This document shows, piece after piece, positions 1-9,188 of a stretch of DNA of 64,000 bases (position 1 is its first letter; each line of letters opens with the position of its first letter). The stretch lies in the NCBI RefSeq assembly GCF_013167455.1, contig NZ_CP038328.1. One strand, 5' to 3'. Made by a program: the position numbers and the translations under genes. The stretch is from Escherichia coli O157:H7. Its GTDB lineage: Bacteria > Pseudomonadota > Gammaproteobacteria > Enterobacterales > Enterobacteriaceae. The notes under the pieces are model-generated. The model was not told the origin of the DNA, made no database searches, and saw only the letters and a list, made by a program, of their open reading frames with translations.

Positions 1-687
1 ACCGCGCTTGATGCGGCCAATGCCGATAACGCCAACATAGCTGTTGTAATCGAGCTGAGAAATCTGCATCTGGAACGGACCGTCAAGGTCAACGTCCGGC
101 GCAGGAACGTGGTCAACAATCGCCTGGTACAGCGGGGTCATGTCTTCCGCCATATCTTCGTGGTCCAGACCCGCGATACCGTTCAGCGCAGAAGCGTAAA
201 CGATCGGGAAGTCCAGCTGCTCGTCGGTCGCGTCGAGGTTAACGAACAGATCGAATACCTGATCCACAACCCAATCAGGACGCGCGCCAGGGCGGTCAAC
301 TTTGTTGATAACAACAATCGGCTTCAGGCCGTAAGCAAACGCTTTTTTGGTTACGAAGCGCGTTTGCGGCATCGGGCCGTCAAATGCGTCAACCACCAGC
401 AGCACTGAGTCTACCATGGACATTACACGTTCAACTTCACCACCGAAGTCGGCGTGCCCCGGGGTATCAACGATGTTGATACGGTAATCATTCCATTTGA
501 TAGCGGTGTTTTTCGCGAGGATGGTAATCCCACGCTCTTTCTCCAAATCGTTGGAGTCCATCACGCGCTCTTGGGTTTCGGCACGAGAGTCGAACGTACC
601 GGATTGTTGGAGCAGCTTGTCTACCAGGGTGGTTTTACCATGGTCTACGTGCGCGATGATGGCGATATTACGCAATTTTTCGATCAC
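1..687 (-). CDS. typA: GTP-binding translational regulator TypA/BipA, N-terminal part; gene continues beyond window start
   Basis: Minus-strand translation from GTG at 687 reads [26 protein letters not shown]... through ...[20 protein letters not shown] at position 1; divergent from glnA as in E. coli. Confidence 0.9.
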   Translation of the reverse strand, partial: MIEKLRNIAIIAHVDHGKTTLVDKLLQQSGTFDSRAETQERVMDSNDLEKERGITILAKNTAIKWNDYRINIVDTPGHADFGGEVERVMSMVDSVLLVVDAFDGPMPQTRFVTKKAFAYGLKPIVVINKVDRPGARPDWVVDQVFDLFVNLDATDEQLDFPIVYASALNGIAGLDHEDMAEDMTPLYQAIVDHVPAPDVDLDGPFQMQISQLDYNSYVGVIGIGRIKRG

Positions 688-838
688 AACTTTGCCTCAG
701 GCATTAGAAATAGCGCGTTATTGTACACGGATTAATCGCACTACAAAACAGGATCACAAACATCCTCCGCAAACAAGTATTGCAGAGTCCCTTTGTGATC
801 GCTTTCACGGAGCATAAAAAGGGTTATCCAAAGGTCAT

Positions 839-887
839 TGCACCAATATGGTGCTTAATGTTTCCATTGAAGCACTATATTGGTGCA
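839..887 (+). promoter_or_regulatory. Two NtrC (NRI) enhancer sites upstream of glnA
   Basis: tgcaccaatatggtgct (839-855) and gcactatattggtgca (872-887) match the TGCACC-N5-GGTGCA NtrC dyad. Confidence 0.8.
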
Positions 888-960
888 ACATTCACATCAT
901 GGTGCAGCCCTTTTGCACGATGTTAAGCATGATAACGCCTTTTAGGGGCAATTTAAAAGT

Positions 961-976
961 TGGCACAGTTTTCGCT
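961..976 (+). promoter_or_regulatory. sigma54 promoter glnAp2
   Basis: TGGCAC-N5-TCGCT (-24 GG / -12 GC spacing) about 85 bp upstream of glnA start. Confidence 0.8.
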
Positions 977-1059
977 TTATCTTTTTTACGGCGACACGGC
1001 CAAAATAATTGCAGATTTCGTTACCACGACGACAATGACCAATCCAGGAGAGTTAAAGT

Positions 1060-2469
1060 ATGTCCGCTGAACACGTACTGACGATGCTGAACGAGCACGA
1101 AGTGAAGTTTGTTGATTTGCGCTTCACCGATACCAAAGGTAAAGAACAGCACGTCACTATCCCTGCTCATCAGGTGAATGCTGAATTCTTCGAAGAAGGC
1201 AAAATGTTTGACGGCTCCTCGATTGGCGGCTGGAAAGGCATTAACGAATCCGACATGGTGCTGATGCCAGACGCATCCACCGCAGTGATTGACCCGTTCT
1301 TCGCCGACTCCACCCTGATTATCCGTTGCGACATCCTTGAACCTGGCACCCTGCAAGGCTATGACCGTGACCCGCGCTCTATTGCGAAGCGCGCCGAAGA
1401 TTACCTGCGTTCCACTGGCATTGCCGACACCGTACTGTTCGGGCCAGAACCTGAATTCTTCCTGTTCGATGACATCCGTTTCGGATCATCTATCTCCGGT
1501 TCCCACGTTGCTATCGACGATATCGAAGGCGCATGGAACTCCTCCACCCAATACGAAGGTGGTAACAAAGGTCACCGTCCGGCAGTGAAAGGCGGTTACT
1601 TCCCGGTTCCGCCGGTAGACTCTGCTCAGGATATTCGTTCTGAAATGTGTCTGGTGATGGAACAGATGGGTCTGGTGGTTGAAGCCCATCACCACGAAGT
1701 AGCGACTGCTGGTCAGAACGAAGTGGCTACCCGCTTCAATACCATGACCAAAAAAGCTGACGAAATTCAGATCTACAAATATGTTGTGCACAACGTAGCG
1801 CACCGCTTCGGTAAAACCGCGACCTTTATGCCAAAACCGATGTTCGGTGATAACGGCTCCGGTATGCACTGCCACATGTCGCTGTCTAAAAACGGCGTTA
1901 ACCTGTTCGCAGGCGACAAATACGCAGGTCTGTCTGAGCAGGCGCTGTACTACATTGGCGGCGTAATCAAACACGCTAAAGCGATTAACGCCCTGGCAAA
2001 CCCGACCACCAACTCTTATAAGCGTCTGGTCCCGGGCTACGAAGCTCCGGTAATGCTGGCTTACTCTGCACGCAACCGTTCTGCGTCTATCCGTATTCCG
2101 GTGGTTTCTTCTCCGAAAGCACGTCGTATCGAAGTACGTTTCCCGGATCCGGCGGCTAACCCGTACCTGTGCTTTGCTGCCCTGCTGATGGCCGGTCTTG
2201 ATGGCATCAAGAACAAGATCCATCCGGGCGAAGCCATGGACAAAAACCTGTATGACCTGCCGCCGGAAGAAGCGAAAGAGATCCCACAGGTTGCAGGCTC
2301 TCTGGAAGAAGCACTGAACGAGCTGGATCTGGACCGCGAGTTCCTGAAAGCCGGTGGCGTGTTCACGGATGAAGCGATCGATGCGTACATCGCTCTGCGT
2401 CGCGAAGAAGATGACCGCGTGCGTATGACTCCGCATCCGGTAGAGTTTGAGCTGTACTACAGCGTCTAA
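1060..2469 (+). CDS. glnA: Glutamine synthetase
   Basis: 469-aa [35 protein letters not shown]... recognised as GlnA. Confidence 0.97.
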
Positions 2470-2530
2470 TAGTTGAAGTTGTACTACCCGGCGCAACAAC
2501 GCCGGGATTTAGTTGCCGTGGAAACTTTCA

Positions 2531-2556
2531 GCCCATCTCTGCATGGGCTTTTTTCT
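2531..2556 (+). terminator. Rho-independent terminator after glnA
   Basis: gcccat-ctctgc-atgggc stem-loop followed by TTTTTT. Confidence 0.7.
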
Positions 2557-2599
2557 CCGTCAATTCTCTGATGCTTCGCGCTTTTTATCCGTAAAAAGC

Positions 2600-2621
2600 T
2601 ATAATGCACTAAAATGGTGCA
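2600..2621 (+). promoter_or_regulatory. glnL promoter -10 (TATAAT 2600-2605) overlapped by NtrC operator
   Basis: tataatgcactaaaatggtgca: TATAAT hexamer overlapping a TGCAC-N7-GGTGCA dyad immediately upstream of glnL. Confidence 0.7.
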
Positions 2622-2642
2622 ACCTGTTCAGGAGACTGCTTT

Positions 2643-3692
2643 ATGGCAACAGGCACGCAGCCCGATGCTGGGCAGATCCTCAACTCGCTGATTAACAGTA
2701 TTTTGTTAATCGATGACAACCTGGCGATCCATTACGCCAACCCCGCCGCGCAACAACTGCTCGCCCAAAGCTCCCGCAAATTGTTTGGTACGCCGTTACC
2801 GGAACTGTTGAGCTACTTCTCATTAAATATTGAGCTGATGCAAGAAAGTCTGGAGGCGGGGCAAGGTTTTACCGATAACGAAGTGACGCTGGTCATCGAC
2901 GGTCGCTCGCATATCCTTTCTGTGACGGCCCAGCGTATGCCGGACGGCATGATCCTGCTGGAGATGGCGCCGATGGATAACCAGCGCCGCTTAAGCCAGG
3001 AACAGCTACAACATGCTCAACAAGTTGCTGCCCGTGATTTAGTGCGTGGCCTGGCACATGAGATTAAAAATCCGCTTGGCGGTTTACGTGGCGCGGCGCA
3101 GCTACTCAGCAAAGCATTACCTGACCCGTCACTGCTGGAATATACCAAAGTGATTATCGAACAGGCGGACCGGCTGCGAAATCTGGTCGACCGTCTGTTG
3201 GGGCCGCAGCTGCCCGGTACGCGCGTTACCGAAAGTATTCACAAAGTAGCTGAACGCGTGGTAACGCTGGTGTCGATGGAACTGCCGGACAACGTGCGGT
3301 TGATTCGTGATTACGATCCCAGCCTGCCGGAACTGGCGCACGACCCGGATCAAATTGAACAGGTCTTGCTGAATATTGTGCGCAATGCGCTACAGGCGCT
3401 GGGGCCGGAAGGCGGTGAAATCATTCTGCGTACCCGCACCGCGTTTCAACTGACCTTACACGGCGAACGCTATCGGCTGGCGGCGCGGATTGATGTGGAA
3501 GATAACGGGCCAGGCATTCCGCCTCATTTGCAGGATACGCTGTTTTACCCGATGGTCAGCGGCCGCGAAGGTGGCACCGGGCTTGGCTTATCCATCGCTC
3601 GTAATTTGATTGATCAGCATTCAGGCAAAATTGAATTTACCAGTTGGCCAGGGCATACCGAGTTCTCGGTTTACCTGCCTATCAGGAAATAA
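2643..3692 (+). CDS. glnL: Nitrogen regulation sensor histidine kinase NtrB (NRII)
   Basis: 349-aa ORF with H-box ([11 protein letters not shown]) and ATP-binding G-box motifs. Confidence 0.96.
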
Positions 3693-3703
3693 AGGTGACG
3701 TTT

Positions 3704-5113
3704 ATGCAACGAGGGATAGTCTGGGTAGTCGATGACGATAGTTCCATCCGTTGGGTGCTTGAACGTGCGCTCGCTGGAGCGGGTTTAACCTGTACAACAT
3801 TTGAGAACGGCGCGGAGGTACTGGAGGCGCTGGCGAGCAAAACGCCGGATGTGCTGCTTTCAGATATCCGTATGCCGGGAATGGACGGGCTGGCACTGCT
3901 CAAGCAGATTAAACAGCGCCATCCGATGCTTCCGGTCATCATTATGACCGCACATTCCGATCTGGATGCTGCCGTCAGCGCCTATCAACAAGGGGCGTTT
4001 GATTATCTGCCCAAACCGTTTGATATCGACGAAGCCGTGGCGCTGGTTGAGCGCGCCATCAGTCATTACCAGGAACAGCAGCAGCCGCGTAATGTTCAGC
4101 TTAACGGCCCAACGACCGATATCATCGGCGAAGCGCCAGCCATGCAGGACGTGTTCCGTATTATCGGTCGGCTTTCGCGTTCTTCTATTAGCGTGCTGAT
4201 TAACGGCGAATCCGGCACCGGTAAAGAACTGGTCGCTCATGCCCTGCATCGCCACAGTCCGCGAGCCAAAGCGCCATTTATCGCTCTGAATATGGCGGCT
4301 ATCCCGAAGGATTTGATCGAATCAGAACTGTTTGGTCACGAGAAAGGCGCGTTTACCGGCGCGAATACCATTCGTCAGGGGCGTTTTGAACAGGCTGATG
4401 GCGGTACATTATTTCTCGATGAAATTGGCGATATGCCGCTGGATGTGCAGACGCGTTTGCTGCGCGTGCTGGCAGACGGTCAGTTTTACCGCGTTGGCGG
4501 CTATGCGCCGGTGAAAGTGGATGTGCGGATTATCGCTGCCACTCACCAGAATCTCGAACAGCGGGTGCAGGAAGGTAAGTTCCGTGAGGATCTGTTCCAC
4601 CGCCTGAACGTTATCCGCGTTCATCTGCCGCCGCTGCGTGAGCGTCGGGAAGATATTCCCCGCCTGGCGCGCCATTTTTTACAGGTTGCCGCGCGAGAAC
4701 TGGGCGTAGAAGCGAAGTTGCTGCATCCGGAAACCGAAGCCGCGTTGACGCGTCTGGCGTGGCCAGGCAACGTGCGCCAGCTGGAAAACACCTGCCGCTG
4801 GCTAACGGTAATGGCTGCCGGACAGGAAGTGTTGATTCAGGATTTGCCTGGCGAACTGTTTGAATCAACGGTTGCGGAGAGTACTTCGCAAATGCAACCG
4901 GACAGTTGGGCGACGCTTCTTGCGCAGTGGGCAGACAGAGCGCTACGTTCCGGTCATCAAAATCTGCTTTCCGAAGCGCAGCCAGAGCTGGAGCGGACGT
5001 TACTGACGACCGCGTTGCGACATACGCAGGGGCATAAACAGGAGGCGGCGCGGCTACTCGGCTGGGGCCGCAACACCCTGACGCGTAAGTTAAAAGAGCT
5101 GGGGATGGAGTGA
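3704..5113 (+). CDS. glnG: Nitrogen regulation response regulator NtrC (NRI), sigma54 activator
   Basis: Start placed at internal ATG ([23 protein letters not shown]...) giving 469 aa; receiver domain, AAA+ GESGTGKE motif, C-terminal HTH. Confidence 0.95.
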   Translation: MQRGIVWVVDDDSSIRWVLERALAGAGLTCTTFENGAEVLEALASKTPDVLLSDIRMPGMDGLALLKQIKQRHPMLPVIIMTAHSDLDAAVSAYQQGAFDYLPKPFDIDEAVALVERAISHYQEQQQPRNVQLNGPTTDIIGEAPAMQDVFRIIGRLSRSSISVLINGESGTGKELVAHALHRHSPRAKAPFIALNMAAIPKDLIESELFGHEKGAFTGANTIRQGRFEQADGGTLFLDEIGDMPLDVQTRLLRVLADGQFYRVGGYAPVKVDVRIIAATHQNLEQRVQEGKFREDLFHRLNVIRVHLPPLRERREDIPRLARHFLQVAARELGVEAKLLHPETEAALTRLAWPGNVRQLENTCRWLTVMAAGQEVLIQDLPGELFESTVAESTSQMQPDSWATLLAQWADRALRSGHQNLLSEAQPELERTLLTTALRHTQGHKQEAARLLGWGRNTLTRKLKELGME

Positions 5114-5224
5114 TTCACGGCTTGTGTGTAAAGATTGATTATTGAGCGCAAATTGCTGGTATTTTGCGCTTTACTGTTCCGATAAGTTCAGTATGATCTT
5201 GCCCGGAAAACGGGGAGAGTCATT

Positions 5225-5335
5225 ATGCTGGAATCAATAATTAATCTGGTATCGAGTGGCGCAGTTGACAGCCACACACCGCAAACTGCTGTTGCTGCCG
5301 TGCTGTGTGCCGCGATGATTGGGCTGTTTAGTTGA
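5225..5335 (+). CDS. yshB: Small protein YshB (36 aa)
   Basis: ggagag SD then ATG; MLESIINLVSSGAVDSHTPQTAVAAVLCAAMIGLFS, matches my recollection of the small protein between glnG and hemN. Confidence 0.6.
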   Translation: MLESIINLVSSGAVDSHTPQTAVAAVLCAAMIGLFS

Positions 5336-5369
5336 GTTTCAGATTGCTGATGAAGTGCTCTTTGTTCAT

Positions 5370-5457
5370 GCCAGATGCTGCGTGAACGCCTTATCCGGCC
5401 TACAAAAGCAATATTTTCAACAGGTTTTGTAGGCCTGATAAGCGTAGCGCATCAGGC
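5370..5457. repeat. REP/BIME palindromic elements
   Basis: gccagatgctgcgtgaacgccttatccggcctac and gtaggcctgataagcgtagcgcatcaggc, classic REP consensus. Confidence 0.75.
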
Positions 5458-5524
5458 AATCTTGTTCTCAGCACATTGATGGCGCTTTCGTTTTCTACTT
5501 TGTAAACGAAGCGCCATTCACTAT

Positions 5525-6898
5525 TTAAATCACCCGAGAGAACTGCTGCATCCGCGCTTTCTGGCGCAGATAGGTATCAAAGCACATGCAAATGTTGCGG
5601 ATCAGCAAGCGACCTTTCGCCGTCACCTGTATTCCCTTCTCATCCACATCCACCAGCCCATCTTTTGCTAACGGGGCGAGCAGCTTGAGATCTTCCGCAA
5701 AGTAATCAGCGAAGTGCAAATCCCACTGTTTCTCAATAGGGGCGTAATCCAGACGGAAGTTGCAGATGAGCGACTTAATCACATCGCGGCGAATACAGTC
5801 ATCACGCGTTAGCGCAATACCACGCCACAGCGCATTGCCTTGTTCATCCACTTGCTGATAGTACTGCTTCAACTCTTTCTGGTTCTGCGCGTAGCAGTCG
5901 CCAATCATGCTGATGGCGGAAACGCCCATCCCCAGCAGATCGGTATCGCCCTGAGTGGTGTAGCCCTGGAAATTACGATGCAGCACGCCTTCACGCTGGG
6001 CCACCGCCAGCTCGTCATCCGGACGGGCAAAGTGATCCATACCGATAAACTGATAGCCCGATTGCGTCAGGAAGGCGATGGTTTCCTGCAGGATATCGAG
6101 TTTTTGCTGCGGACTCGGCAGGTCAGCATCTTTGATTTTGCGCTGAGCAGCAAAAATGGTCGGCAGATGCGCATAGTTAAAGACGCTCAGACGGTCAGGG
6201 TTTAGCTCCGCCACGCGTTTCAGGGTAAAGGCGAAACTTTCCGGCGTCTGTTTCGGCAGGCCGTAAATCAGGTCGATGTTGGTGGAGGTAAAGCCAATCT
6301 CACGCGCATGGTTAAGCAGCGCAAAGATAAACTCTTCATCCTGCTCGCGGTTAACCAGACGTTGCACTTCTTTGTTGAAGTCCTGCACGCCCATACTCAG
6401 GCGATTAAAGCCCTCGGCGCGTAAATGATCGAGTACATCCAGTTCGATTTCCCGCGGATCGACTTCGATCGAAATCTCCGCATCGGCATTGAACTGGAAG
6501 TTTTCGCGCAGCAGCTTCATCAGGCGGCTGATTTGCGCTTTATTAAGATACGTCGGCGTTCCGCCGCCCCAGTGCAGCTGGCTGACGTGACGCCCGGCGA
6601 ACAGCGGTGCACGATGGACGATTTCTTGCTCCAGCGCGTCCAGATACTGATCGGCCTTGTGCTGCTGGCGAGTAACAATCTTATTGCAGCCGCAGAAGTA
6701 ACAAAGCTTATGGCAGAACGGGATATGTACGTAGAGAGATAATGGACGCTCAGGATAGCGCGCCACGGCTTGTAAAAACGCCTGTTCGCCGAAGTCTTCT
6801 GAAAACTCCAGCGCGGTCGGGTACGAGGTGTATCGTGGCCCGGAATAGTTATATTTCTGGATCAGGGCCAGATCCCAGTCGATTTGCTGTACAGACAT
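5525..6898 (-). CDS. hemN: Oxygen-independent coproporphyrinogen III oxidase (radical SAM)
   Basis: ORF MSVQQIDWDLALIQKYNYSGPRYTSYPTALEF... with CxxxCxxC radical-SAM motif (CHKLCYFCGC); 457 aa from the ATG at 6898. Confidence 0.95.
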   Translation of the reverse strand: MSVQQIDWDLALIQKYNYSGPRYTSYPTALEFSEDFGEQAFLQAVARYPERPLSLYVHIPFCHKLCYFCGCNKIVTRQQHKADQYLDALEQEIVHRAPLFAGRHVSQLHWGGGTPTYLNKAQISRLMKLLRENFQFNADAEISIEVDPREIELDVLDHLRAEGFNRLSMGVQDFNKEVQRLVNREQDEEFIFALLNHAREIGFTSTNIDLIYGLPKQTPESFAFTLKRVAELNPDRLSVFNYAHLPTIFAAQRKIKDADLPSPQQKLDILQETIAFLTQSGYQFIGMDHFARPDDELAVAQREGVLHRNFQGYTTQGDTDLLGMGVSAISMIGDCYAQNQKELKQYYQQVDEQGNALWRGIALTRDDCIRRDVIKSLICNFRLDYAPIEKQWDLHFADYFAEDLKLLAPLAKDGLVDVDEKGIQVTAKGRLLIRNICMCFDTYLRQKARMQQFSRVI

Positions 6899-7086
6899 GC
6901 TCACTCCTTCCGATGGCGTCTCTGGCGGCTACGGCGTACCGGCGGATGCCCGTTTCGGGTCATCAGCCGGTTGCGCAGCCACTTTTGTCGCCGCGACAAC
7001 CGCTGTAGTTTAACGAATAACCACACCAGATAACATATAACCGGAAGGGTTATCAGCAGAACGGGAAGGCCCACGGCGGCAATCCG

Positions 7087-7593
7087 TTAGTTGCCCCGCA
7101 GCAGACGCATCATGTCTTCTTGCTTCTCGTCTTCTTCCTCTTCTTCGTCATCGTCATAAGAGAGGCCGAGTTTCTGCATCAACTCATCAATACGATCCAG
7201 TTTAGCATCCACCCAGGATTGCTCTTCGGCACTCAGGGTTTCGCCTGCTTCCAGACGTTCCAGCAGCGCATCCAGACGCTCATCCGTTTCTAGTAATTCC
7301 AACTCCGCCTGCGGTGAAAGCATAGGTTTCTCACTCTTCGGTTTGTGCTGTTTGGTGACTTTTTCAGTCACGCCCAATGGAATAGGGGTTTTACTGCCAA
7401 TACGTGGATCTTTCGGTGCGTTCTGGCCTTTGCTGCCTGACGTGTTGTTTCCGCCCGCTGCGCGGCTGCCCGGCGCATGACCACGACGTTTTTTCTGACG
7501 CTTGCGGTCACGAGCTTCCTGATTCAGCTCTTCGCGCGTTTTGCGACGCGCTTTTGCATGACCTTTGCTGCGTGATGGTGAAGATGGTTTCAT
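7087..7593 (-). CDS. yihI: Der GTPase-activating protein YihI
   Basis: [32 protein letters not shown]... basic N-terminus, acidic C-terminal tail. Confidence 0.9.
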
Positions 7594-7660
7594 AATGGTT
7601 CGTCTTTTAGCCGTTTTATTCAGTATAGATTTGCGGCGGAATCTAACAGAAAGCAAGCAA

Positions 7661-7904
7661 AGAAAAAAGGCGACAGATTACTCTGTCGCCTTTTTTCCTG
7701 ACTCATAACCCTTAACGGGTCTTACAATCCTTGCAGGCCGCCAACACACCCTGTTTTTCCATTAGCCGGAACAATCCGTGTTGATTCCATTTCCGTTTAA
7801 TTACGTCTCCGGACGTTTGTCTTCCTGACAATCCTCTGTCTTCGCCTCCTGGCGCTCCTGACCCTCATCCTGAGTCATTGTTCCTGTTAGCGTCCTCGCT
7901 CTAT
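7661..7904 (-). ncRNA. csrC: CsrC small RNA (CsrA-sequestering)
   Basis: Minus-strand sequence atagagcgaggacgctaacaggaacaatgactcaggatgagggtcaggagcg... with many GGA motifs, ending in ggcgacag/ctgtcgcc hairpin plus T-run; lies between yihI and engB. Confidence 0.85.
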
Positions 7905-8174
7905 GGGTGCTACTTTACGCCTTTGCTTTAAACAAACAATCAACCGCCATCAGTATTTGCACATTTTCAGAGTTTTATATAAAAGCAATTAACTGATTTA
8001 TATAGCTTATTTGACATGCATCGCAGAATTTTCTCTGCTATTTCGCATAAAGACTATCGGCAATGTCTCACAAAGCGTATGGCTTTTACTTACAACGCTC
8101 ACGCCGAAAAATCCGCCTTTTATTATGGTTCAGGTATAATCGCCGCAAAGCTTTGACTGACGGAGACGACCGCT

Positions 8175-8807
8175 TTGACTAATTTGAATTATCAACAGAC
8201 GCATTTTGTGATGAGTGCGCCTGATATTCGCCACCTACCTTCCGATACCGGAATTGAAGTGGCTTTTGCAGGCCGTTCCAACGCAGGTAAATCCAGCGCG
8301 CTGAACACGCTGACTAACCAGAAAAGCCTGGCTCGTACCTCAAAAACCCCTGGACGCACCCAGCTTATCAACCTGTTTGAAGTGGCTGACGGCAAGCGTC
8401 TGGTTGACTTGCCTGGGTACGGTTATGCGGAAGTCCCGGAAGAGATGAAGCGCAAATGGCAGCGCGCGCTCGGCGAGTACCTCGAAAAACGTCAGAGCCT
8501 ACAAGGTCTGGTAGTGCTAATGGATATTCGCCATCCGCTGAAAGATTTGGATCAGCAGATGATTGAGTGGGCGGTAGACAGCAATATCGCCGTGCTGGTA
8601 CTGCTGACCAAAGCGGACAAACTGGCAAGCGGCGCACGTAAAGCGCAATTGAATATGGTGCGTGAAGCGGTGCTGGCGTTTAACGGTGATGTGCAGGTTG
8701 AAACGTTTTCTTCGCTGAAGAAACAAGGCGTGGACAAGCTGCGGCAGAAACTGGATACCTGGTTTAACGAGATGCAGCCTGTAGAAGAAACGCAGGACGG
8801 CGAATAA
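8175..8807 (+). CDS. engB: Ribosome biogenesis GTPase EngB/YihA
   Basis: 210-aa [25 protein letters not shown]...[13 protein letters not shown]1 motif; apparent TTG start. Confidence 0.92.
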   Translation: MTNLNYQQTHFVMSAPDIRHLPSDTGIEVAFAGRSNAGKSSALNTLTNQKSLARTSKTPGRTQLINLFEVADGKRLVDLPGYGYAEVPEEMKRKWQRALGEYLEKRQSLQGLVVLMDIRHPLKDLDQQMIEWAVDSNIAVLVLLTKADKLASGARKAQLNMVREAVLAFNGDVQVETFSSLKKQGVDKLRQKLDTWFNEMQPVEETQDGE

Positions 8808-8825
8808 TTTTCTTACCTTAATGCT

Positions 8826-8910
8826 TATGCCGGATGTGGCGTATCCGGCCCATAAATTCAATAGATTACAATTCTACCGTTGGCCTGATAAACATGGTGC
8901 ATCAGGCATT
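8826..8910. repeat. REP-like palindromic elements
   Basis: gccggatgtggcgtatccggcc and ggcctgataaacatggtgcatcaggca imperfect REP units. Confidence 0.5.
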
Positions 8911-8932
8911 ACGGATCTTTCCTTTCGCCCAA

Positions 8933-9041
8933 TAAAAAACGCCCCAGTCATTACTGACTGGGGCGGCTAAAATATTCAGCCAAATCCGATTACGTGAAGT
9001 AAAAGGTCTGAAAGATAGAACATCTTACCTCTGTACCCTAC
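8933..9041 (-). ncRNA. spf: Spot 42 small RNA
   Basis: Minus strand reads GTAGGGTACAGAGGTAAGATGTTCTATCTTTCAGACCTTTTACTTCACGTAATCGGATTTGGCTGAATATTTTAGCCGCCCCAGTCAGTAATGACTGGGGCGTTTTTTA. Confidence 0.9.
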
Positions 9042-9188
9042 GCGACTAACTTTACTCTTTTTTGTTCAGTTCAGAAAGCACTTTTTGTAATTTTTTTTCA
9101 GTTGTTGCATAGGAATTTCTAATAGCCATCACAAAACGTGACAGCTTATGTTGCTTACTTACGAAAAAAGGGCATGTTCAGGCGAATC

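Noticed and set aside
848-1081. 77-aa plus-strand ORF upstream of glnA
   Set aside because: Covers the glnA NtrC enhancer and sigma54 promoter and runs into the glnA start in another frame; regulatory DNA, not coding.
1486-2499. 337-aa minus-strand ORF antisense to glnA
   Set aside because: Lies entirely within the well-supported glnA coding region on the opposite strand; typical antisense open frame in GC-rich coding DNA, Arg/Val-rich with no recognisable domain.
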